The notes beneath the pieces are model-generated. The model was not told where the DNA came from. It searched no databases and worked only from the letters and a program-made list of their open reading frames with translations. A stretch of 64,000 bases of DNA from assembly GCA_973895155.1 (NCBI GenBank), contig OZ316893.1:10793660-10857659 (forward strand). Reading direction: 5' to 3'. Numbering within the stretch: the stretch's first letter is position 1; the number at the start of each line of letters is the position of its first letter. Positions 23,450 to 34,785 of the stretch are shown here, in pieces. The position numbers were made by a program, and so were the translations under genes. This DNA comes from Marsupella aquatica. Lineage: Eukaryota > Plantae > Marchantiophyta.

Positions 23450-26400
23450 GGATTGCCCAGTGAGCAATCTGCAACGGCCAGCCAGTTCTCCCATGATCAA
23501 TTCGTGTGGAAGCTCCGAAAGCTCCCACGTCTACTATAGCGCGCCACTTGTTCCCTCGAGTGCCCGGGCATCACAATGATACAACCAAAATAAAATGTTG
23601 TGCGATAAAGAAGTAGGCGAGGAGAACTAATTGACGGTACCCCAATGCGAGAAGATTTAATATAGTTGAATTGCAGGGAGAAAGTGTCGAGGTCACGGTG
23701 GGATATTCAACTGACCTGAGTAGTTTTGTATGCTTTCTGTATATACAGTTCACATACGGAAGCTCACACACGGACGAGTTGGAAGAGGATCCACGAACTT
23801 CTCCAAGACTGGAGACGGGATGTCACGAAAGCACACCGATCTCGTTACTGATACCGGCTGTGATTTGTTCGTGGCATTGGAAGCTGCTGTCACTGAAACT
23901 AATGTTCTTCTGCCTCAAGTGCCTACTCCCTCTATCTGTGGAGTTTACTACCAGCAAAGTCGAGGAGCGGCACTAAGTGTTCCACAAGCAGCAAGCTCGA
24001 CGCTCCCCGCAACCCAAACACTTCGTGCTTCGTCATTGGAAAGGTATCGCAGCTTCCAGATAGCAATTTGCGGTGAATGATCCACAATAACAAGCTTCTT
24101 ATATAGCGCAGCGAATGATGTTAGTTTCACACTTTCAACAGTTCAATTGACATTAATTTAACCACCACCATAATGTGTACGTACACCTAATCATCACCGC
24201 CAGACTGAGATAGAAGGAATCAAACACGCTAATTCATGAGAGTAATTGCATTCGCAGAAACTGATTGGACACGTACCTGTGTCATTTTTAGCGAGAGTCA
24301 AGGGATGAAGAACAGCCATTAATCAAGTCAAAGATAGGACAGATGATGAAGCTCGATTGAGCTGCTGACATCACCTGGTGCATGAGCAGTCTAGAGCGCG
24401 TCAACATCATCAATGGTAAGCCGGCGTGCTCACTTCAGTTTACTAACCAAGTCAATACATCTCGCTGCAACATTGCTAGCTTGTGTACGGGGTGTGGGAG
24501 CATTGGGTTCACTTCATATTAATAAAATGATAGTCGTACTTTGTTCAATGGTGCCATTCTCCTTTCAAAAGCTTTCGGAAAACCGGGCGGCAGAAAGAAC
24601 GGGCCTAGGAAAGGGCCGATATATGGTCGCCAATCCGCGTCTCAATTTCAACATGTCAACTGGTAAGCAATTAATTTTGAAACGGTTACTCGATCTCATG
24701 TTAAGTGTCTACTCGAGATTCAAATTTGTCTGAAAGTCCCCTTGCAGCACTGTTTGTTCGGATTAGCTGCATTCTGTGGTCTTCCATTTGTCGTCGCAGG
24801 CAGGATGGGTGTTTAGGGTTTAAAGTACGATCAGGTAAATTAAGAAATCTGCTAGACTTAAGAGAAAAATGAGAAATTTGTTTTGAACGAAAGATCTATT
24901 TTATATGAGCTAGTTGAATAACGAAAATAAGCACAAGATGCACAAGAACTAGCTTGTAATAGTACGTAGATTTTTATGAATTGCCAACTTATTCAAAACA
25001 CGTTGTTCGCATGTAGATGTAACAGACTCACCGCCCTGTACGTAGTTTGCGAAGTGTTGGTGCATCTTCGTGGATCGATGAGACTGCAGTTAGCTTCTGA
25101 GACAAATAGTTGAAAGAGTGTTTACTCGAATGAAATGTTTGCAGTATCAGTTTTCATAGTTGCTGTTCACAGATTCTGCTGAGTCTAGCTTCCAAGCTCA
25201 ACTGTAGATATAATACTTTCCCTCAAACTGGCAGCTATGGAGGCATTGTAACGGATATCCTGTGACACAGGCCCTCTGCCCAGGTTGTATGTAAGGCTGT
25301 CACTGGCGCATTTCGAAAATGGCCACATCCAAGAACAGTCGAAAAAAAGCAATCTAGGGCTCTTCAGACCGATGATGATCATGGACTCAACAAATTTCTA
25401 AGCACATCGATCTCCCCACATGCTATGATACTAGAATCCTTGAAAATAATAAATTGTTACACATCATGCACTCGTATTTGACGTGAGTAAAAGCCCGAGT
25501 AAAACAAGTGTTATACATCCCACAAGCGATCAATCAGTCACAGCGAGGTCGCTGGATCTACTATCTTAGTACTTAGAGGAGATTAAAATGGACTCCGGAA
25601 TGTTTGTAATGGCACGAAGAAATGGAACAGCATCGAACCCTTTTTGTTTCCCATTGAGACGTGCGTGTCAAAATTTGGTTGTTGAGAAAAGGTGCATTTG
25701 AGGACCTCCTTTATTCCGTGGACTCAAAGATGCATTATGATATGATAAACTTATAATTCAGTTGGATCATTGTGGTCTGCTGAAGCTTTAATTTCGTGAC
25801 AAGCTTCATCCAAAATTTGGCGAGTTCGCATGAGACAGAAGGTGTAATTAAACTGTGGAACTGACTGTCCATGGAGTTTTGCCAGAGACAAGGTGACGTC
25901 CATGTCTGGTTAGTTTTCGGCTTTATTTACAAGGTACTTCTTGAATGTAGTGATTGTTGTCAAGCGAAGAAAGACCAGGAAACCGAGAGAAGGCCATTTT
26001 TGGCAGGGCAGGCAAAGCAGAATCGAGCGAGGGAAGGAAAATGAAGCAAGAGAGATTCGGGGACAAAGAAAATAAATCAAACTAAGAGGGAGTGAGTGAG
26101 GGAAGAAAAAGGAAGCAACAGGGAGTCGGGGGGACCAAGAAAACAAATCAAAGAGAGGGGAGAGAAATAAAACTCACTGGGATGCGGTGCCACACAAGAA
26201 TAGATCGATTTGATTGCAATATTGCAGAATGATACTTACTAATGATTGCAATATTGCAGAATGTAGGCATAGAGCTTAAGCCTTAATAAGTTTCTCATAA
26301 TATAAACCTAGCTTGCCAGCATCTTGAGCGAGATCTATAATTCAAGTCTCATCTATTAGGACCAACATTGTTTTTTGACCCAGTGTTAAAGACAGATGCT

Positions 26401-27044
26401 CAACCTTGGTTTTGATGCCACCCAAATTGAGTGAGAGCCGGCTGGTATTGAAGCTGTTGGGATCTTGCCCTGCTCTGTAAATTCTCGCCGAGAGCACCCT
26501 AAAAATAGTGGACCGAGGCAACTTCCAATACATTATGGCAGTTAGAGCTGGCCACCCCAAGTGAACATGTATGGCATCACAAATCTGGATATGAGATGTA
26601 GCTGAAAAATCATGCTAGGTGGGAGATCATGCTTGCACCTGTCACATGTCCGACCACTTTTGAGCCTTTCAAGGCACCAGCATAAAAACAATTCTGGGAT
26701 ATAGATTTTTGGTTTCAAAATGAACTTTCGAGCCACGCCCTACTCTTCTCCACCTCAGCAAGGGAAGCCCAAAAAACCATCTTTCCCCAATCTCCATACA
26801 GGAAAAAGTAATTTAAGAAGTAATGATGGAGTTTGAACCCAAATATAAGAAAGGTAAATTGAACCCAATAAAACAGGGAGTAACAGGGCAGGCAGACCAA
26901 AATTAGACTTGACCTGAGTTCCTTGATTAGTAACATGACCTCTAACATATAACTTAAACTTACTCTCACGAGTTCCTTAGTTACTCACCTGATCTCCAAA
27001 CGACAACTTTTGCATTGATGTCGTATGACCTTAGCAAAAGTACA

Positions 27045-27601
27045 TTCAGGAACAGAGAAACAGAATGTATGGACTGAAAGGTGGGCACAAAGTCACAAAC
27101 AGTGACACACAAGTACAAGCAATACACATGGGAAACGTTTTAATACAAAGTTCTTTAGGGAATTGTTCTACCATATAAATGTGGAATATTCTTGTAATAT
27201 TCCAATACTTCTTTGTTAAAATCTTTTTTCTTAAATTCTCAAAGTTGGACAAACATAAATTTACCAATAAATTGACCTTATGCTTTGTAGAACATGATGT
27301 GCCATTATGAGGCCCCCAAAAATGAATATATGATGCCAGCCTGGGGGAGTTTTCCAGCTTGCAAGGATTGAGTGGACTTGCTACAGCACCAAGCCTGATC
27401 ATATAGTAAACAACAAAACCTCCTTCAGTTGCTAACAGCTGATAGTGAGAGCGTGATTTAAGCTAGACCAGCTCTGACTGGGAATGTAGCTCGTGAATAA
27501 CATGGGCAGGTCCATGAATCTGACTTGAACCTGGTCCTCCATTTCTTGTTAGGTGCCCACATACATGCTGAAGACATACTTGAACCTTCCACATTCTAAG
27601 G
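27045..27601. repeat. Dispersed repeat, second copy at ~48718-49081
   Basis: AAGTCACAAACAGTGACACACAA and CATGAATCTGA.TTGAACCTGGTCCTCCATTTCTTG are shared in the same order and orientation at both sites. Confidence 0.8.
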
Positions 27602-28022
27602 TCTACATGCATGGATGATGGATGACAACTTTTGGGTTCTGTAGTAACAATAATTCAGGGCTGTACAAGATGTTGTATAATGCGAGCAAACAAGAATTTT
27701 GTTAGCAAGGAGAGTGTTGTTAGCCAGACACTAGTAGTTTAGAAATTCTTTTGCTTTTTGTTGCTTTTTATATATTTTGTGTTCCATATGGCTAGCAAAG
27801 TCACTAGCAAAAAGAGGAGTCCCAAAAAAATGTCTATTATCAACCAGGTTGTTAGTAGCTAGGCCAGTTGGATATAGAAAAATCAGGGGTCATATATGTC
27901 AGTAAAAAACATTCCTGATGAGAGTGAATTTTTGGCTGGTTCCTCACACACTACAATGACCCGGGCTGTACTGTCTTCCATGTGCTTGGCCCCTAGTTTT
28001 GTGGCACTTAAATCTCATAAAA

Positions 28023-28908
28023 CCCCTGGGCCCTCAGCTTACAAAATAACGAAACATACGTGTAAACGTCCGATGGGTATTAAATATCGAATCCACAAAT
28101 AATATTATAACACCGTTCTAAACAACAAGGTCCTTGTTTATAGTTGCAACCGATTAGAAGAGGTGAAGGGTTTTTAAAAATGTGTCCCAAAGTTAATGAA
28201 CTGAAGGGCCATGGTAATACCTAATGACACGCGTCACTTGTTCATTGGACCACGTGTCATCATACCAGTGGATTAGGGGGTTCTAATTTCAAGAAGGACA
28301 ATAACTAGTGAAGCCCAATGGGTTTGTGTTGAGTGTGGTGATTCCAGTATTTGTAATATTTCCTCTCAGTTTTCAGAAGTGGATGCTCTCATCCCATATG
28401 TATGGAGCAACATTAAGAATCTGTAGCCAAGTAAGATCTCTGACACTTTACAGACAGGAGTAGTGGATGACTTCTTTGGCTTGTTAAGTGCAATGTCACC
28501 TCTAATGTCTTGTAGTGAGATTTCGTTGAAATCTTTTGGAGAACTTTGATATGTAGTCCTATATGTAGTTTAAATTAGATGTTTGTGTGCTAAAGTTTCA
28601 CACATTGCAAAATATTATATGGCAATATGTTTGTTTAGTGTACTTGCCACTTAATGGTACATTAAATAAAATGTGCATTCATGATTTAATATCTTCGGAA
28701 AAGATTTTTTTATAACAAATGAAGGGTGTTTTAAATCCCCAAATCCATCTGATTATAATAACATAGGTAAGTTTTATATAGGACTGAAAATTCTGTTTAG
28801 AACAAACAAGATACATTTTAATGTTCTTCCAAAATATAACAAGGGGTACCTGGGGGGCCTTCGGTCACAGGTATGTCTCATTACATTTCCCTTAGTGAGG
28901 GCCCAGGG
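28023..28908. mobile_element. Putative non-autonomous TIR element with 13-bp CCCTGGGCCCTCA inverted ends (piggyBac-like termini)
   Basis: CCCTGGGCCCTCA at 28024-28036 and its reverse complement at 28896-28908; internal Cys-rich remnant WVCVECGDSSIC near 28320; no TTAA or other TSD seen. Confidence 0.4.
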
Positions 28909-29921
28909 CTTGTCACGCAGTACTTTGAATTCACTACATGCACGGGGCGCAGGTGGAGAAACGACTCCTTTTGGGGATGCGCATGCGCAGGTGGAGAAAC
29001 TCCTTGTTCCAAATGTGAACAAACCACGAATATGTCACGCCTTGTTCTTGGCGCATTAGAGTTTCATACTGGAAGGCATCAAAAACTTTAGTTTTTGTCC
29101 AATTGTCAGGTAAATGAAAGATATCCTTGTTGGGGAGACTCTCTATATTTGTGGTAAAAAATTCATCCAGCCACTGAACAAGACCACTTAGATGTGCGGA
29201 AAATTTTTCTCTACAAAATGTATCGATCTGTATCCGAGAAAACATGTTCTTCAAGATTTTTTGGAGACAATTATTCCTAGGGAAAATAATTTCTTAAAAC
29301 CACTCCAACAAAAGGATCTACCGCTAACTGAGTAACCACTTGCACCGGCATGCCCACCCTTCACACATCCTCTTAGAAGTACGTTCTTCTCTTGGTAGGA
29401 TAGCCCATAGTAATATGTGCGTTGTTTCGTCACATCTTGCAGACCCAAATTCCTCAGACAAAAATTATCACAATAGGGATACTTATAAATTTCTTTCATT
29501 TTGTTTCTATTCAATTTATCATTTATCACATTGTCTTTCCTAGTAATTCGGTCTCTATCTTTTTTACTAGGCTCATTTGACTTCTCTATAGACTGAAATC
29601 CGATGAGAACATTCATTTGGCATTTTTGGGTCCTCCAGGTACCTCGCGAATAGATGCATCACTCTTTGCTGAGCTACCATCCTCCACAGATCTCCTCGAC
29701 GGCGGAGGGGCACTGAAAAGGCAACTATAACCATTCTCTTCTACAGCTCCTTCTAAACATTCAGACATAACTTGTGCTATGATATCGGATTCTCTATCTC
29801 CTTCGCCTGATCTTCGTCCTCTGATCCACTCGACTCATCTGAAAACACAATTGGACTCTGTGGCTCTCTATACATAACCCGAACACCACTAAGACCTCTC
29901 CTCAACACTTGGAGCGTGGAA
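28909..29921 (-). pseudogene. N-terminal fragment of a Sola-like DNA transposase, frameshifted and truncated before the catalytic core
   Basis: YCDNFCLRNL..YSVSGRSFCWSGFKKLFSLG, then WLDEFF..LPNKDIFHLPDNWTK..YSWFVHIWNKEFLHLRMRIPKRSRFSTCAPC. The F..W..F..IPK..F..CxxC pattern resembles Sola-related transposases as I recall them. Confidence 0.55.
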
Positions 29922-30752
29922 CCCTGGGCCCTCACTCCATGTAAAAGAAGTGGACCCCCTACGATCAGGCCCTTTTCATGTTTACCCCTTGTTATTTCCA
30001 TTTACCATTGAAAGTTCCCTTATTATCGGTAATAATTATAATTATTAGTTCAAAATGAATAAAAACTACCCTTTGAGCGTTCGCACGTCCTCCACGTATT
30101 AGTTAAAACACGATTTTGGACCGACCGAGAAGTGTGACACACTTCTCGTTTAGCCCGATTCTATTTTTTTCTAAGGCAATGCAATCTCCGATAAAACTGC
30201 CAAAAAATTGAAAAAACACGAGTTGCGTACATTGCATCGCCGTGGGAATGCAGGGAGTGATACGTGCATCGGGTTTTACATTTGGTCTGTGAAAAAGTCC
30301 GAACTGCAAGTAAATTGCTCCGAACCACGTAATTGAGGATCGACCACGTACTAACCCGGATTAGTGCAAATGTAACCATGGTTAACGGGGAAAAGTAACC
30401 ATGGTTAGAGCATCCCCTATATAAAGAGGAGCGGGCTGCCCATAAAAGGAGCAAACAACACCTCACTCAGTGCGAATACTGGACTCCTATCAAGTCTTAC
30501 ATTCCTCACAAGAGACTTGACTCTTTCTCCAGAGAACCCAATAAATTTATCGGAACTATCATTCCAGTTCGAGTAACATCTATGTAAGGTTGACTTGTCA
30601 TTTGGTGGCAATGTCCTTACTCGAGCGGATTGCAATAAATTTATCGCATTCTGCATTCCTTAGTTGCATTCCTTTGAAGAATTGAATATGTTTGAAGAAC
30701 ATCAAATATAATTATAGGAGTGAGCAATCATTCCATATACTATATTCAAGGT

Positions 30753-31035
30753 CCGATAAATTTATCAGAGTCTTCATTCCTTTGACGGATTAAGGATTAT
30801 TTGAGTCGACTCCGATAAATTTATCGGAGTCTTCATTCCTTTGACGGATTAAGGATTATTTGAGACTTCAATAAATTTATCGAAGTTGACATTCCTTTGA
30901 CGGATTGAGGATTAGTTGAGACTCCGATAAATTTATCAAAGTCTTCATTCCTTTGACGAATTAAGGATTATATGAGACTCCGATAAATTTATCGGAGTCT
31001 CCATTCATCTAATGGATTAAGGATTATTTGAGACT
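30753..31035. repeat. Tandem array, 5 x ~56 bp, each unit junction forming a palindrome
   Basis: Unit CCGATAAATTTATCGGAGTCTTCATTCCTTTGACGGATTAAGGATTATTTGAGACT; best junction AGACTCCGATAAATTTATCGGAGTCT is a perfect 26-bp palindrome. Confidence 0.95.
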
Positions 31036-31102
31036 CAAGATTGACCTAGAAGACATGACTTCTACATGAGTTGGGCTAAACGAGAAGTGTGTCTCCGATA
31101 GA

Positions 31103-33627
31103 TTCCAAAGATTGATATTGTTTTATCATTATAGAAAGTTACAAAACTAAAAATTGTTGGTATGTTGTTTGTGGGTGTACATAGATAGTCATGTTTGGAC
31201 TCATTTTGAAGTCCTCAATGAGCCCAGTCTAATAGCGATGTTATATTGTCCATATTATCTTTCAATACAAGATAATAATAGGAACAATATTTGTTACTCA
31301 AAACCTCATGCTAATGGATCTAACCTCGAGAGACCAACCAAGAGTACCCAAAATATAAGGAAGAATGAAAGTTACGATAAATTTATCGTTGTTTGTATTC
31401 CAAAGATTGATATTGTTTTATCATAGTCGCGGAACTCGACTACCTTAACACTTAGCTTCGGCGTCGCTGACTCCGACAACGAGCTCCCTTATGGTCCAGG
31501 CCCGGATAGGCCATCCGGGGAGGACTTAGCATGGGGAGACTTGTGGGCAATGAGACGTGGCACTAGCGAGACAAGGGGCCAAGCTGGGGACACACACTAA
31601 GGACTTGGACTAGCCTATGGCTGGTTGGGTCAAGGGAAAATGGGCCGGGCTCAAGGATGGCCGTCCGGACCGTCAGATGGGCTTTGAGTTCTGAGGGATT
31701 GGGAGTGAGCTCCTCTTGGGCCCAAGGCCAATGGAGTTGACGCCATTGGCAACGGACGCTTGGGGCGCAAGTTGTGGCCCGATCCGGGTTGGGCCGGTCG
31801 GGGGCCCCGAGTGGCGATCAGACCTGAGGGCCTAGGCATGAGCACTGGGTCGGCCCGGTCACAACGGGCTAAGGCACTCCGCTTGCGGATGCCTATCAAG
31901 AAAGTTATGGGCGTTGCCAGTTGGTGGCGCGCCCATTATGTGCGATGAGATCCGGGTTGGGGGCCAAATATTTAGGGACCAAAGTTGGTTCGGGGGTGGC
32001 AGGTCTCCAGAAGCATATATGAGGGGAGTGGTGTCTCCTTGGGGGCTAAGTCTGAGCCGAAGTCGTGAGCCGCGGCAGTTGCGACACTAAGAGAAATTGC
32101 CAAACAGAAATGGCGATATCTTCCCAACGGGAAGTCGGTTCGTTGGAAAGCTCTTGAGGAGGGCCCTCCTGATCTCAGATGGGTCCAGGGGTGCCATGGG
32201 TTCTCGTGGTTTGGGGGTGTTAGCTCGCCTGCTTGCCAAATTCTGCCGAACAACAGCCAAGCCGCGTTCAGCCTCCCAAGGGAGCTTGCGTTGGGGAGGC
32301 AAGGCCAAGTAGGTATGGAGGCTGAGTCCCAAGGGCGCTCGGTCCTTAGACCATCAGTGGGGCAAAGCGGGAGCGGTTTTTAGAGTCGGGGCCGTTCTGG
32401 TCCCGGCGTGTTGAGACAAGCTTGTCCACAAGCTTTAGGACAAGCTACGCTATTTGGGCCATGAGCATGTCCTGAGATCAGGGCGGTCAGTTGGGGATGG
32501 ATAGGTACGAGGGGGAACCCGGGCTGCGCCCAAGGAAGGAGCTGTCCTGGACGGATAGTGGGCGTGGGTTCTGGTTCAGGCTTATGGCATCGGGAGGACC
32601 TATCGCTGACCTATTTACCAATGTCTGTTGAGCTTGAGTTAGGATGCTAGACTGGGCGAGTTCTAGATCCGGAGGGGTTACTTACTGAGGTGCTTGATTG
32701 TTTGTGCAAACAGTGAGGACCGTTGAGTAGTGGTCGTGTAGGTGAGCAAGTGCGGCTTCGTATGGGAGTGGCCGCAGGTGGTGCTAGAGGCACTTGGATG
32801 CTTGCTCGAGATATTCCGTGGAGGCGATCGGGAATCAAGGGCACTTAGACGCAAGTGCTGGGATTGGTGAGGGCGCTAGGTGGCTAGGTCCACCACTATC
32901 ATTATAGAAAGTTACAAAACTAAGAATGGTTGACATGTTGTTTGTGGATTTACATAGATAGTCATGTTTGGACTCATTTTGAAGCCCTCAATGAGCCCAA
33001 TATAATAGTGGTGTTATGTTGTCCATATTATCTTTCAATACAAGATAATAATAGGGACAATAATATTTGTTACTCAAAACCTTGTGCTAATGGATCTAAC
33101 CTCGAGAGACCAAGCAGGAGTACCCAAAATATAAGGAGGATTGAAAGTTGCGATAAATTTATCGTTGTTTGTATTCCAAAGATTGATATTGTTTTATCAT
33201 TATAGAAAGTTATAAAACTAAGAATGGTTGACATGTTGTTTGTGGGTGTACATAGATAGTCATGTTTGGACTCATTTTGAAGCCCTCAATGAGCTCAATC
33301 TAACAGTGGTGTTATGTTGTCCATATTATTTTTCAATACAAGATAATAATAGGGACAATATTTGTTTCTCAAAACCTTGTGCTAATGGATCTAAACTCGA
33401 GAAACCAACCAGGAGTACCCAAAATATAAGAAGGAATGAAAGTTGCGATAAATTTATTGTTGTTTGTATTCCAAAGATTGATATTGTTTTATCATTATAG
33501 AAAGTTACAAAACTAAGAATGGTTGACATGTTGTTTGTGGGTATACATAGGTAGTCATGTTTGGACTCATTTTGAAGCCCTCAATGAGCCCAGTCTAATA
33601 GTGGTGTTATGTTGTCCATGTTATCTT
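31103..33627. repeat. ~295-bp satellite, ~3.5 copies, interrupted by a 1.47-kb insertion
   Basis: TCCAAAGATTGATATTGTTTTATCAT recurs at 31104, 31399, 33175 and 33470; each unit carries CGATAAATTTAT(C/T)G. Confidence 0.95.
31425..32897. mobile_element. GC-rich 1473-bp insertion, probably a solo LTR with non-canonical AGT..ACT ends
   Basis: Splits a satellite unit; ATCAT duplicated at 31420-31424 and 32898-32902; ends AGTCGCGGA..TCCACCACT are imperfect inverted repeats; no credible coding capacity. Confidence 0.75.
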
Positions 33628-34785
33628 TTGTCCAAATTCGTGTTCCAAATATTTCTAAGAACTCTTGTTATATTTGCTCCTATGCTTTGCTAACTTCTCC
33701 TCTCCAATGCTTGTGCCTTCCGATGCTCGTTTAGCAATGTTGAGAATTTTCCTCAATAATAAAAAAGTTTAGAACTTTGTTGGATTGATAGCGATAAATT
33801 TATCGGGTTCAGTACTCAAACACTTGATTCGATTACCATAATGTTAAACCATGACAGCGATAAATTTATCGGGATAAGTATTCAAACTATTCAAACAATA
33901 TATTCACACACAATTACCAAAGAAGAAGGATTGGAATCCTCAACCCGATAAAAGTATCGGGAGTAACACACGGGTTTAGAAACTTACTCTTTTCTGCTTC
34001 CCGTTCCTCACCCGGAGACTGAAAAATCCATCGTTGAATGTGAGTTGAATGTGGCGACTTGAATGCTGAGTGCGATACATGTATCGGTTGTCGGATACCC
34101 TCTCCATAACCCAGGATGGATGGCCTGAAACGACGTCTCGGACCTAAACCTAGGATTGAAATTTTCTCAATTCTTGGCAATGGAACACTCAAGAGACGAC
34201 GCTTCTCAGGTTTATTAGGCGACACATAGTAAGAACTGGGCTTAGGACCAGAACTTGCATCAGAATCTCAATCAAAGTCAAAGATTTCAGGCACAATCTA
34301 CTATGAGAGAGGTAGAGCTTTAGGGATGCGACTTGGCAAAGAGCAAGCGACAACATTAATAGGAGAGGATTTTAACTAAACTTGAAGGTGAATCTGTGTG
34401 TGATTGAGACATGGTTATCCGAGACACTATGGGGCTTTGCATTACTCCCTCAATCAGGGAAAACGAATGACTCAACGGACAAAATGTTGCTCCAAGAACA
34501 CAACTCCCAAAAATCTACTCTGGATAATGATGCCAAAAACTTATGGGCGGTGGCCCTTTTATAGTGTCTGTTGACGGGTTGGCCCACGTGGCCACTTTTG
34601 ATTGGCCGTCTTGCTAAACGACAAAATAGCAGAGAAGGGTATATTTCTTGGATTTCCAATTTGATTTTTACACCTGCATCGTGGTAAAATTATATAGTTT
34701 TGAAATTTAAGCGATAAATTTATCTGATGTTGGTATTGCAAAAAGTGTTTCCTTCATATGGAAGTTGCAATTTTGAAATTTAACC

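Noticed and set aside
31154-33500. Three similar ~90-aa ORFs (CCLWVYIDSHVWTHFE..) as a gene family
   Set aside because: They are translations of the ~295-bp satellite unit, start at non-ATG codons and show no recognisable domain.
33914-34225. Minus-strand ORF with a GTAAGT donor inside the repeat block
   Set aside because: Could be an exon of a TE accessory gene, but no start, partner exon or motif could be supported.
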